Virus record (IMG/VR): IMGVR_UViG_3300017700_000166
Coordinates: 1-49,325 of that record
DNA: 49,325 bases
Reading direction: 5' to 3' (one strand)
DNA from: a virus
Taxonomy: Duplodnaviria > Caudoviricetes
Shown here: piece after piece, positions 8,262 through 17,230 of the stretch
Layout of the letters: the number at the start of each line of letters is the position of its first letter
Numbering within the stretch: the first letter of the stretch is position 1
Made by a program: the position numbers and the translations under genes
The notes under the pieces: model-generated
The model's database searches: none
Told to the model about the DNA's origin: nothing
What the model saw: the letters and a program-made list of their open reading frames with translations, nothing else

Positions 8262-8290
8262 ATTATACAGCACTTCCCGTTAGTTGTCAA
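8262..8290 (-). promoter_or_regulatory. Sigma70 promoter for the replication operon
   Basis: TTGACA-17 nt-TATAAT with upstream A-tracts. Confidence 0.9.
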
Positions 8291-8323
8291 GCTTTATTTT
8301 TGATTATTTATTCTTCAATGATT

Positions 8324-9154
8324 TCAAAGGTATACCATCCGTTCTTTCTTGAACTCTTCATTCAGGCCGAGGAAGTATTCCGCGTAAACGTCTACCGTGT
8401 TGTTTTCCAACCCCGGAGCTGTGTTACCTTCGCAGATAACCGGCTTATCAGAAGGCTGGTGGTACAGGACATCCAATGCCACAAAGTGCATATCGCCGAA
8501 GTGCTTCGCCATAGCGGACCGGGACACAGATACCACGGACGGTGGCACCTTTGACAGGTCGGGGTAGGCTTGGAAGATGAACCCGTTGTCGTGCGAGCGT
8601 ACATCCCATGTCTTAGGCTGGACGGTCTTATCGTCATTCTTCCAGACCTTCCGTTGAACTAGGATGGGTTCAAAGGAGTTCCCGTTGAGGCTGCGAGCCA
8701 TGTGTAGACGGTACTCGTGTGTCTTGGGTTGATGGCGGGTGTAGAGAGGTGCGCTCGGGACAGCGTCCCCCCGTTCAGCGGTCCATACATCAATTCCTCG
8801 TCCACCTGAACCGCGCGTGAGGTTTCGAACAAAGACCTTGCTTCCGGCGTTAACCCATCCAGCAGCTTCTTCCCTGTTCCGTGTCCACGAGAGAAAGTCG
8901 GCATCATGACCTACCTTTTCAAAGAATTTCACCTTGTCGGACATATCGCAGACGTCCTTAGGTGAGTTGATGATCCAGTTGTTTCCCTCGGGGTACTTGA
9001 TCTCCGAGGAACCCCAATTCACGACAAGACACTTCTTGCCCTTCGGCTCGCGTTGCAGGATGTGGCAGATACGGCTGCCCTCGCTGCTGGCGTTGATGAC
9101 TTCCTTGAGACGCTTCGCCGACCGACTCCCAAGCTTGTACGGATGAATGATCAC
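8324..9154 (-). CDS. ATP-grasp ligase (PA11/phiEco32-type)
   Basis: VVNWG, DKVKFF, GSGGRGI loop, EYRLH, ALDV, EGNTAPG. Confidence 0.88.
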   Translation of the reverse strand: MIIHPYKLGSRSAKRLKEVINASSEGSRICHILQREPKGKKCLVVNWGSSEIKYPEGNNWIINSPKDVCDMSDKVKFFEKVGHDADFLSWTRNREEAAGWVNAGSKVFVRNLTRGSGGRGIDVWTAERGDAVPSAPLYTRHQPKTHEYRLHMARSLNGNSFEPILVQRKVWKNDDKTVQPKTWDVRSHDNGFIFQAYPDLSKVPPSVVSVSRSAMAKHFGDMHFVALDVLYHQPSDKPVICEGNTAPGLENNTVDVYAEYFLGLNEEFKKERMVYL

Positions 9155-9282
9155 TGCGGACGCTCCTTCTTGACGAGTTCCATGATCTTATTGAGTATCG
9201 CCGACATGTTGACACCATGTGTATCCATGATGTGATCCCACAAGACGTCTTCGATTTTGCTTTCCAGTTCAGCGTCCGTCAT
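9151..9282 (-). CDS. Small hypothetical protein (43 aa)
   Basis: TAATG coupling to the amidoligase; GGAG RBS. Confidence 0.55.
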   Translation of the reverse strand: MTDAELESKIEDVLWDHIMDTHGVNMSAILNKIMELVKKERPQ

Positions 9283-10298
9283 TAGAACTCCACGTCGTCG
9301 TTGATAACCGGAACCGGCTGAACAGGGAGTGTTCCCCATCCACCAGACTGAGCCGACTGCACAACGTTGGGAGTGGCAAAGAAGGAGCCGCCACCAGTAC
9401 CCGCTGCTACAGTCAGCATATCAGCGTACACTTCTTGCACCGATTTGGTCTTGAAGCCCTTCTTCTTGACCGGCTCAGGTTCCTTCTTGTTGTGCCACTT
9501 CTTGAGAACCTTGGTGAGTTCGTAGGCGTGCTCCGTGCCGAAGTCCACCAGCGAGGTATATCCCGGAACCTTGTAAACGTTGGCACCAAAGATTTTCTGG
9601 GCGTACCACGAAGGGTTCTGGCGGACGTTCTTCCACAGCGTCCGGTAGGTTTTGTCGGACTCAGCACGAGCCATGTCCCGGATAGCGAGCAGCCAGTTGA
9701 CCCAACCGGATACCTGCGTACCGTCGATGCTCATAGGGAAGCAACGAACCTCCAGAGTACCCAGATCGGCGAGACGGCCTGAGTTGAGGGACGAATACTT
9801 GCCACGCTCGTAAGCGAAGCCATAGCTGTCGATCCGTTCAAGGACAAGACACAAAGTGTCAAAACTCTCGATCAGGTCGCCAGTGTCGTACGACGACATG
9901 CAGAAGAGATTGCCGTCGCGCTGGGGACCACACAGGCTCAGGAGCAACGGCTCGAACATGCTGAACACGACGTAGTACCCGAGCATGTCCTCGACCGTCT
10001 CAGGGAGCATGTTGACGTGAACATGGGTCGAACAACGGTAAGTATTCTTTACCGTCGCGTTGTTGTTCTTCATCGTCTGAGCAAGATGATCGACGTACTG
10101 CTTCACCGTGTCAGCCTTGATGGGTTTGGTGATGTACTCCAGTCCGTCCTTGAGGCTGCCCTCGGACTTGACTTGCCAGTGCGTGACATTGCTCGGGAGG
10201 TGGGTGCCTTCGATCTCGATCTCGATACCGACGTCGGCTATTCTTTTGGATCGTTTGAGAACCTCGTGTAGAGGCTTCTTAACAACACTAGCAAACAT
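9282..10298 (-). CDS. Amidoligase (Amidoligase_2 / COOH-NH2 ligase superfamily)
   Basis: GIEIE, EGSL..GLEY, CSTHVHVN, YSSLN, GTLEVR; start set at ATG 10298. Confidence 0.85.
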   Translation of the reverse strand: MFASVVKKPLHEVLKRSKRIADVGIEIEIEGTHLPSNVTHWQVKSEGSLKDGLEYITKPIKADTVKQYVDHLAQTMKNNNATVKNTYRCSTHVHVNMLPETVEDMLGYYVVFSMFEPLLLSLCGPQRDGNLFCMSSYDTGDLIESFDTLCLVLERIDSYGFAYERGKYSSLNSGRLADLGTLEVRCFPMSIDGTQVSGWVNWLLAIRDMARAESDKTYRTLWKNVRQNPSWYAQKIFGANVYKVPGYTSLVDFGTEHAYELTKVLKKWHNKKEPEPVKKKGFKTKSVQEVYADMLTVAAGTGGGSFFATPNVVQSAQSGGWGTLPVQPVPVINDDVEF

Positions 10299-10302
10299 AG
10301 TA

Positions 10303-11178
10303 TCACCCTTGCGGTCGCAGTTCCAGATTGACTTCTTTAGCCGAACGACTAATCCACTGCTGGAGAAGATCGTCCTCATCGTTGACAAGAACATCATTGT
10401 CCTTGATCTTTCCTAGGGCACGCCCACGGTAGCACGCTATGACGCCTTCTTCGGTGCGCTTGACAGCGATGTCGTCAGACAGCCTTGTGACAGGGAGATC
10501 GCCAGAACTAACCAGCGAAGACATAGTCTCGTCCCAACGGCGAAGCTGACGGCTACCAAGCCCACGGACGAGCTTATTGACATCAAGCCCACCCGTATGT
10601 CCCTGCGAAGCCACATCCTTCAGGAGCGTATTGTGCCGGTTGATCCCCTGCTGGTAGACACGGCCGGGGATACGGCACAGCCACCCAGTAGAACCAGCTT
10701 GAGCGTACATAGGCGGGATGGTACGAAGGTCTTGGATGTCGCTGTAACTAATCTGCGACAGATTGCTACCCCCGTTGGTCAGAGCAAGCTGCCAGCCAGC
10801 CCCTTCCTTGTTCTTGATCTTAGCCACCAGAAACGGATGGCCTTTGATCGAGATCACCGTGTTGAGAAGACGCAGTTTGATTTCCGCGTAGGTCTCGTAA
10901 TCGATCTTGAACGGCGACAACTCACGACGACGCAAAGGCTTGGCTTCGATGGCATCGAGATTAAGCTGGTTGTAGGTCCACTCGTTGCCGAAGTAAGGCT
11001 CGCTGTACCAATCCGTGTATAGATGGTTGACGAGTTTGATTTCGTCTTCTTCCGTCCATGCCGGACCCGGCCGATGATCAGAGTTGTACAGGATTTTGTC
11101 AGCACGCCGCTGCTCGAAGTGATGGGCGTACTGGTTTTCTTCAAAGTAAGAACTGCCGGGTTTCTGCAACCACGCCAT
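10303..11178 (-). CDS. Hypothetical protein within the amidoligase cluster
   Basis: 291-aa ORF with AGGAGG RBS between two ligases. Confidence 0.8.
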   Translation of the reverse strand: MAWLQKPGSSYFEENQYAHHFEQRRADKILYNSDHRPGPAWTEEDEIKLVNHLYTDWYSEPYFGNEWTYNQLNLDAIEAKPLRRRELSPFKIDYETYAEIKLRLLNTVISIKGHPFLVAKIKNKEGAGWQLALTNGGSNLSQISYSDIQDLRTIPPMYAQAGSTGWLCRIPGRVYQQGINRHNTLLKDVASQGHTGGLDVNKLVRGLGSRQLRRWDETMSSLVSSGDLPVTRLSDDIAVKRTEEGVIACYRGRALGKIKDNDVLVNDEDDLLQQWISRSAKEVNLELRPQG

Positions 11179-11179
11179 G

Positions 11180-11998
11180 TCAACCTCCTACGGCTTCTTC
11201 CAACGACGGATGAAGCTCACGCCACTTAGTGATACCCTGATCGATGACGTCGCGAGCCAGCCCGTCGAACTCGTCGTCTAGGACACGTCCTTCATTGAGC
11301 AGACGGAGTGCCCGGATAGCGCCTGTGTACACCATCGTTGTATGCTGGACTGACAACAGCCACATCGGGGACAGCGTCCGGTATTCCATCCCGTAAGGCT
11401 TGGGGCGGAATGATCCGGCTTTGCCGTAGAGTTCACGCCGAGTCTTGTCAGTGTCGAAGTCCAGACACGACATACCGATCGTGTAGTCGAGTTGCTTAGC
11501 GACATCAGCGCAGAGGCCAATGTGTGCCATGCTCTCCGGATTGAAATCCGAACCCCAACCGATATGAATATGACCTCCGCTAGTGCGGAAGTTACCAGTC
11601 GCGTCAGGACGTTCGTTCTCCCGAAGTTCATAGGCATTCCAGTCCGGGTTGCAGCCGAGTTCCTTTGCGGTTTCCGGCAGGCTCTCGATGTAAGCCGGGG
11701 TGAAGAACGCCGTGGGACGGACGATCAGGTACATCTCGGGGTCGGCTTCCTTGACGAGCTTCTCCAAGTCCTGCACCACTGCGGTACAATTCTTGACAAA
11801 CTCGAAGCGGGACTTGCTCGGCCGAACGTTTACTTCGAGAGCCATCCCGTCGACCTGTACCGATCCATTGTCGGTGTCGCGGGGCTTGGCCTTGGTGCCG
11901 AACGGAAGCCAGTGGGCAGAGATGATTTCGTCGCGCTTTCCGACGAAGATTTCGGGGTCTGCACCGATAGTGATATTAGCGAGATCAAACTGAGACAT
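11180..11998 (-). CDS. phiEco32-like COOH-NH2 ligase type 2
   Basis: IGADPEIF, VQVDGMALE, LGCNPD, GGHIHIG, RRELYGKAG, GMEYRTLS. Confidence 0.92.
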   Translation of the reverse strand: MSQFDLANITIGADPEIFVGKRDEIISAHWLPFGTKAKPRDTDNGSVQVDGMALEVNVRPSKSRFEFVKNCTAVVQDLEKLVKEADPEMYLIVRPTAFFTPAYIESLPETAKELGCNPDWNAYELRENERPDATGNFRTSGGHIHIGWGSDFNPESMAHIGLCADVAKQLDYTIGMSCLDFDTDKTRRELYGKAGSFRPKPYGMEYRTLSPMWLLSVQHTTMVYTGAIRALRLLNEGRVLDDEFDGLARDVIDQGITKWRELHPSLEEAVGG

Positions 11999-12016
11999 AA
12001 TAAAGCTCCTACTGCC

Positions 12017-13321
12017 TTAACAGGCCATGCCGACCATACGTTGGACATCGAGGTCTTGGATACATCCCTCACAGACGTATTCACCGCGCGTGTCCGTGAA
12101 ACGAACCGGGAAGATTTTTGGGCTCTTTCCCTCAACGAACAACGGCTTCTGCGAACACCATACGCAAGGAGCACCTGAGACCAGATCGACGATCTTTTTC
12201 TTGTCCTTGCACGCGTAGTAATCAAGGTCTGACGTCTCACGACCGAGAAACGTCCCGCTGTTTACAGCAGCCTCCTTCGCCAGCCGTTCACGCTCGGCCT
12301 TGGCTGTGGCAAGCTCTGCATCACGCTTGGAGTTGCTGAACACGAGTGCACAGTTGATCGATGTGACAGGCGTACCTACCGCACGATCCGTACCCGTATT
12401 ACGCTGACGATGTTCAGGAGGAACATAACTAAATCCGGCGTTACCGGGTCTTGTTATGGCGACGCTGGGAACGCTTCCAGAGTTTTGCGTTGCGACGCTC
12501 CTGTTTCGTTCCAAAGGGGTTTGGTTCTCACCCAACCAGCCCTCCCAGTCTGAAGCGTAGGGCGTCGAAGAAGCAAAAGGGGTGCGTTCACACTTTGTGA
12601 TTGTCGCATCCGCAAGGTTTGTCTTGACATCCAGAGGAAACGACCAATGCTCGTTCTTCGGAAGGAAATAGAACTTATGCTTCTCCTTGACGAAGTTAGA
12701 GTACCGGCCCAACGCCATGTGCAGGAAGCCGGCCTCAGAAGCCCACCAGAAGTTGCGGACCGGTGACGACTCCATAATGCTGTTGCGTTCTTCGCAGATA
12801 GCAAGAGGCCGTTCGTTGTTGCGCAGGAAGTTCAGCGTCTGGTTACGCAGATCGATCCAGACGAGGCAGTACGCACCCCAAGACGAGTCAGCAAAGCCCT
12901 GCGGACCTTTCTTGGCGATGGTACGACACACCATCTTGCTGTCGGATGCGTCCTTCGGAACTGACTCGTCGCCGACGTAAGTCATCGTGCCGTTGTGGAC
13001 AAGAATGACGTCCTCGAAGCGGTGAGGGTGGACATTCTCGATCTTCGTGCTGCCCTTCGTGGGCTGGCGAGCATGGCCGATGAGGATATTGGTATCGCCC
13101 TTGACGCACTCGTCGTAGTCTGAGGTCGTAACGAGATGGCCGCTGCTCCACGTCGTCCGCTTGACGCGAATGGCATTGCTGTGGATCACAGACTTCTTGG
13201 GTACGGCAATCATACCGGCCCCTTCGTCGCCGCGCAACTGCGCCAGAACCATAAGGTCCTTGAATTTCTGGAGTTCGCCATAACCGAGATTATGACCCAT
13301 AACTCCGACGATACCGCACAT
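12017..13321 (-). CDS. Class II (Ntn) glutamine amidotransferase with C-terminal Zn-finger-like region
   Basis: MCGIVG catalytic Cys, RG..GAG, GHAR..T, HP, HNGT, DS; C-terminal CxxC...CxxC. Confidence 0.92.
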   Translation of the reverse strand: MCGIVGVMGHNLGYGELQKFKDLMVLAQLRGDEGAGMIAVPKKSVIHSNAIRVKRTTWSSGHLVTTSDYDECVKGDTNILIGHARQPTKGSTKIENVHPHRFEDVILVHNGTMTYVGDESVPKDASDSKMVCRTIAKKGPQGFADSSWGAYCLVWIDLRNQTLNFLRNNERPLAICEERNSIMESSPVRNFWWASEAGFLHMALGRYSNFVKEKHKFYFLPKNEHWSFPLDVKTNLADATITKCERTPFASSTPYASDWEGWLGENQTPLERNRSVATQNSGSVPSVAITRPGNAGFSYVPPEHRQRNTGTDRAVGTPVTSINCALVFSNSKRDAELATAKAERERLAKEAAVNSGTFLGRETSDLDYYACKDKKKIVDLVSGAPCVWCSQKPLFVEGKSPKIFPVRFTDTRGEYVCEGCIQDLDVQRMVGMAC

Positions 13322-13331
13322 ATTCTGCTCC

Positions 13332-13970
13332 TTAGGTCATCATGGCGCGTTTGACACAGTCAAAGAACAAGTCCTTGCACGACTTCAGACCCCACTCAGG
13401 GTGAGGCTGAAAGCACAGGGACTTAGTGGATTTGTAGTAGATGACCTCAGGATCATCTGCGTGGTGCTTAGGCATGATTTCTTCACGCAATCCCGTAGCC
13501 TTGAGAGTGCTTCGGCCACACCATGCCCACACCATAGCGCCCGAACCGGGACGCATCATCTGGTGGTGGTCTGACGTGACAGGGACGTCGTGTACTTCAC
13601 CGTTCTCGTCAATGTAACGAACAGGGTGGGAACAATTATTATGGCGTGTGACATGCTGATAGAGCTTGCCTTTGTTGAGCGCGTTAAGAAGCTGCGCCCC
13701 ACGACAAATCCCAATCAGCATCTTCTTCTTGTTGCGTGCGGCCTCGAAGATACCGGTTTCGACGCGATCACGCTCACGATCTGGAGATTGGGTCATCTTG
13801 TGGACAACCATCTCGCCGTAGATACTCGGCTGAATGTCCGTGCCGCCCGTGAAAATGACAATGTCAGCATCTTTGATGCCCTTTACGGGGATCGCCAATG
13901 CCGACACCATCATGTCGTGGATTGCTACGTCACCGCCGACGATATAAAACCGCCAGCCTTGCAGCATCAC
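13332..13970 (-). CDS. Class I glutamine amidotransferase / peptidase C26-like
   Basis: TGGTDI.P..Y, GICRGAQ nucleophile elbow, S.HHQ, QPHPE. Confidence 0.92.
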   Translation of the reverse strand: MMLQGWRFYIVGGDVAIHDMMVSALAIPVKGIKDADIVIFTGGTDIQPSIYGEMVVHKMTQSPDRERDRVETGIFEAARNKKKMLIGICRGAQLLNALNKGKLYQHVTRHNNCSHPVRYIDENGEVHDVPVTSDHHQMMRPGSGAMVWAWCGRSTLKATGLREEIMPKHHADDPEVIYYKSTKSLCFQPHPEWGLKSCKDLFFDCVKRAMMT

Positions 13971-14905
13971 GCAGCCTGCGACAAGTCAAGAGCAGCGGAC
14001 TGCTCGACACCACGCTTTTGGGTGTACTCGATGACGGCATCCCAATCCGCGAAGGTCAGGTTCTTCATGTCGATCTTACCGGACTCGAAGACCTTCGAGC
14101 TACCGTAGGTGCCGACATTGGAGTCCTTGAACGGCTTGTCCTTGACCGGCGTTGCTGACAGGAAGCGTCCTGCATACGCCGTGGTATCGACGCCGAGGAA
14201 GCCGCCGGTGTACGACTTGATGATGCGTCCGGTGACTTCGCCGTTCTTGATCTCGTTCTCGAAGCCCGACGCAATCAGAACTGCGGTGTGGCGATCAACA
14301 CCACGATCCATCAGATGCAGATAGCGCCACATAACTCGGGCATTCGCGAAGCCGATCCGTGATGCAATCGCGAAGCACCACGTCAGACGTGCGGGGATCA
14401 AAGAAACGTCCGGGAAGATAAAGCACTTCCGGGCCTGCACCGCCTCCGGCGAGGTTTCGAGCATGTGCGGCAACAATTCCTTGAAGGGTCCGGCCGGATC
14501 GAGCAAAGCCTTCAGCCATTCGAGCGACTCCTCATTGTAGTGGCCTGCATCGGCCTGAACGAAGGGATACTTCTTGTTGCAGAGAAGGTCTTCTTCGGTG
14601 GCCTTACGGAAGCGATCACCGGAGTCGAAACCACCATAGCCTTGGAAGACGATGCCGAAGCCGACGACACCACCACCGGAGATTGCATTGGAGATAGCAT
14701 GGTAGCAAACCGTCTCGTACTTGCCGGAGATCGCACCGTCCTTGGTGAAGGCGAAGTACCGAGCAGTCGAGACACCCTTGGACGCAGCCATCAAACCGAT
14801 GGTCTTGTCGATGTCATTAAGTGAGAAATTCGTGGTCAGCGATTTGAACTCGCTGAAAGCCTTGGTCTTAGACGCTGCGGTCGCAGCTTTAGATGCGGTG
14901 GACAT
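13967..14905 (-). CDS. Hypothetical protein in the amidoligase cluster (about 312 aa)
   Basis: GAGGA RBS before ATG 14905; the T/S-rich extension to 15034 is the shadow of another ORF. Confidence 0.75.
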   Translation of the reverse strand: MSTASKAATAASKTKAFSEFKSLTTNFSLNDIDKTIGLMAASKGVSTARYFAFTKDGAISGKYETVCYHAISNAISGGGVVGFGIVFQGYGGFDSGDRFRKATEEDLLCNKKYPFVQADAGHYNEESLEWLKALLDPAGPFKELLPHMLETSPEAVQARKCFIFPDVSLIPARLTWCFAIASRIGFANARVMWRYLHLMDRGVDRHTAVLIASGFENEIKNGEVTGRIIKSYTGGFLGVDTTAYAGRFLSATPVKDKPFKDSNVGTYGSSKVFESGKIDMKNLTFADWDAVIEYTQKRGVEQSAALDLSQAA

Positions 14906-15056
14906 AGTCATCCTCGTTGTGGTTGCGTTGGGTTTTGAGTTCGTAGGCGTCGTCAATCCAGTCTTCACCGACGAGTTCGTCATCGGTGTCATCGTCGATG
15001 GGACACTGGTCTGCGATGTCGCAGTCACAGTCATGGCCGTCTACGTAGCACCTCAA
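14889..15056 (-). CDS. Acidic Cys-rich small protein (55 aa)
   Basis: Translated by hand: MRCYVDGHDCDCDIADQCPIDDDTDDELVGEDWIDDAYELKTQRNHNEDDYVHRI; TTGA overlap with the GGCT stop; GGAG RBS. Confidence 0.65.
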   Translation of the reverse strand: MRCYVDGHDCDCDIADQCPIDDDTDDELVGEDWIDDAYELKTQRNHNEDDYVHRI

Positions 15057-15451
15057 GGACGCCACTCCAGCTCACCATGTTCGTTCACGGTGTCGTAGAC
15101 CGCACCACGACCGGCACCCCAATACCCCGGATTGCCGATGTAGATGTTCGCCGTGTCGATCTGGTCCCCGGCCATGCCTTGCCCCTTCGGGAAGACTACG
15201 CCGACCTCCTTGCGATCGTACATATGGCCCTCGGCTTCGAGCTGATCGAGACGCTTCGACGTATCTTCATCGACGTCGTAGACCTCACCGAACACCGGCA
15301 GCCCGTCGTCAGATGGCGTAATGACAGGGAAGCCCACGCAGCGCATCTTGAAGGTGTCCACCGTGTAAGCCTCCCCGACATACTGCGCAGTAGCGAGAAG
15401 ATGGTGGTTGTTGATACCCTTCTTGAGAGTACCGTAAACGAATACTCTCAT
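15053..15451 (-). CDS. Gamma-glutamylcyclotransferase (AIG2-like)
   Basis: VFVYGTLK.G..NH, V.GEVY, LD.LE..Y.R. Confidence 0.92.
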   Translation of the reverse strand: MRVFVYGTLKKGINNHHLLATAQYVGEAYTVDTFKMRCVGFPVITPSDDGLPVFGEVYDVDEDTSKRLDQLEAEGHMYDRKEVGVVFPKGQGMAGDQIDTANIYIGNPGYWGAGRGAVYDTVNEHGELEWRP

Positions 15452-15813
15452 CGAAACTCACCCTCCGTTACCGATACCGCTACACAAGCCTTGATAGCCA
15501 GTCCAGTTTTTGCTGCACCACGTTTAATCATATCGAGGTCAGCCTGTGTTTTCACAAAGTGACTTCGTCCGTGCTGAGTAATCAGCAGAAAGCCCGTGTG
15601 CTTCACAGGCTCAGGCGGGATGTTGCGGATCATAGGCTCGGAGTCTACTGGCGCATCGCGATAAGTGCCGTTCTCGCGAAACAACCAATACTTCTGTGTC
15701 CAGTTAGGACTCGTGATTTTGACAACGTAGAACTCGCCGTCACGACCGATATACGCCGTAGGGGCATAGCCCTTGTTGTATTCGATCGGTTTTGTCCAAT
15801 CAATCTTTGACAT
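15448..15813 (-). CDS. Hypothetical protein
   Basis: IDWTKP N-terminus; GAGG RBS; ATGA coupling. Confidence 0.75.
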   Translation of the reverse strand: MSKIDWTKPIEYNKGYAPTAYIGRDGEFYVVKITSPNWTQKYWLFRENGTYRDAPVDSEPMIRNIPPEPVKHTGFLLITQHGRSHFVKTQADLDMIKRGAAKTGLAIKACVAVSVTEGEFR

Positions 15814-15820
15814 GACGACC

Positions 15821-16069
15821 TCAGGCTGCGAGAAGTTTGTCGGCGATGGAAATGTGCCGGTGGAACGTGTTCAAAGAGGACTTGACGACCTCCGTGAAGT
15901 CCGGATGAAACAGCCCACGATCATCGAGACAGTGGGTGTATTCGTCATACGACTCCATGGCGAGGCCGTAGTGGTGCTGCGCAGCACCGTTGACACCATG
16001 CGACACCAGCTTCGCACGAGCATAACGCTTGTTGCGAATAGCCCGCGACAACCCAGATTTCATATCCAT
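15821..16069 (-). CDS. Hypothetical early protein
   Basis: GGAG RBS; ORF track. Confidence 0.7.
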   Translation of the reverse strand: MDMKSGLSRAIRNKRYARAKLVSHGVNGAAQHHYGLAMESYDEYTHCLDDRGLFHPDFTEVVKSSLNTFHRHISIADKLLAA

Positions 16070-16121
16070 TGTCTTGCTCCGTTGGGCCTCAGCCCGTTGT
16101 TAATTGACGTCATGACAGGGA

Positions 16122-16283
16122 CTACCCGATGGAGTAAGGGTAAAGTCTACCTGTATCCACACGCAGTATCGTTTTGTCCCAAGACATTACCCAATCCCTC
16201 CACTGCTTAGCGGAAGGTTCGTCGTGAAACGGGCCGAAGTTAGCGACCTCGCCCGATTTATGGTGAATAGTAACAATAAACAT
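16122..16283 (-). CDS. Small early protein (53 aa)
   Basis: GAGGAG RBS; MFIVTIHHKSGEVANFGPF...A.QW. Confidence 0.7.
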   Translation of the reverse strand: MFIVTIHHKSGEVANFGPFHDEPSAKQWRDWVMSWDKTILRVDTGRLYPYSIG

Positions 16284-16305
16284 TGTCTTCTCCTCAGTTA
16301 GTAGT

Positions 16306-16534
16306 TACAGCAGCCATTCCGGGCTTGCACTGTACTTAGCCATTCACGGCCTACTAGAGTTAGGCTATTCGCGTTCCCACGGGGTGCGTTAGCCGCTCTC
16401 AACCAATATCCAAACCCGATACCGTTTTGGAAGCGATACCCGGCTGTCGGTCTGAGTAATGAACCCGTATCCGACACCGCCCTCCGATTGGCCACTAGAC
16501 TTTCGTCACCGTCACTTAGTGAGTTTCCGCCGCA
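16306..16534 (-). ncRNA. Candidate structured RNA or leader
   Basis: Intergenic; several hand-identified stems enclosed by a long-range helix; no recognised family. Confidence 0.35.
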
Positions 16535-16564
16535 GATCGACACAAGAAGCCTCACAACAAACGC

Positions 16565-16610
16565 AAAAAAGCCCCTACCACCGGGGAGCGAGCCGGTAGC
16601 AAGGGCTTTT
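16565..16610 (-). terminator. Intrinsic terminator (possibly bidirectional)
   Basis: AAAAAAGCCC...GGGCTTTT stem with T tracts on both strands. Confidence 0.7.
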
Positions 16611-16654
16611 AGGATCAGGTCTAGTTCCAGCCGAAGATAGAACTTGTGGCCTAA

Positions 16655-16798
16655 TTAAGGAAGAACAACCACCACCAAAGAAGTAAAGCCGGGGTGCTGT
16701 TCAGAGGCAAACAAAGTCAATTCGGACATAGACATAAATTCAATATCTAAGTCTACTTCGTGACCTTGCATATTAACGGTAGAGAGGAAGTAACGCAT
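16655..16798 (-). CDS. Small early protein (47 aa)
   Basis: GAGGTG RBS; MRYFLSTVNMQG... Confidence 0.65.
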   Translation of the reverse strand: MRYFLSTVNMQGHEVDLDIEFMSMSELTLFASEQHPGFTSLVVVVLP

Positions 16799-16799
16799 T

Positions 16800-17141
16800 T
16801 CACACCTCTGAGAAGACCCGGTGACGCCGGGAACGGGAAGGGGTCCGGCTGTAATCGTAGCCGAAAGGCTTGTCATCAGTCTTGGCCTGCCGCGCCGGGA
16901 GCGTAACGATTGGCGTTATGACAGGAGACTTCGGTGCCCATGCGTGGAGCAACCGGTAGCATTCGGAAGCTTCATCACGCTGCATTTCCTCAAGCTCTAG
17001 GGCTTGGCTCTTGAGCAGCGCCATTAAAAGACACCGCGAGGTGAGACGTAGGTGCAAAGGATGGCCAAAAGAACAAACCCCGATGGATAAAGCCAAGGCA
17101 TTGAAACCCCCATTAAGTGAGACAACCCAGATTTTAGGCAA
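16800..17141 (-). CDS. Hypothetical early protein (start uncertain)
   Basis: ORF track; fills the gap between terminators. Confidence 0.45.
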   Translation of the reverse strand: MPKIWVVSLNGGFNALALSIGVCSFGHPLHLRLTSRCLLMALLKSQALELEEMQRDEASECYRLLHAWAPKSPVITPIVTLPARQAKTDDKPFGYDYSRTPSRSRRHRVFSEV

Positions 17142-17143
17142 GC

Positions 17144-17176
17144 GAAAGCCCCCTGAGATTAATCCCAGAGGGCTTA
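17144..17176 (-). terminator. Intrinsic terminator after the 284-aa gene
   Basis: AAGCCCTCTGGGA-TTAA-TCTCAGGGGGCTT hairpin followed by a short T-rich tail. Confidence 0.65.
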
Positions 17177-17230
17177 CCCGTTAGGTTTTGTGTGTCGGGG
17201 AACGGACCCTAACGGGTTGTTCCTTTGACC

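Noticed and set aside
14906-15034. Thr/Ser/Met-rich N-terminal tail on the 355-aa ORF
   Set aside because: It is the shifted-frame shadow of the Asp-rich 55-aa ORF; a better RBS precedes ATG 14905
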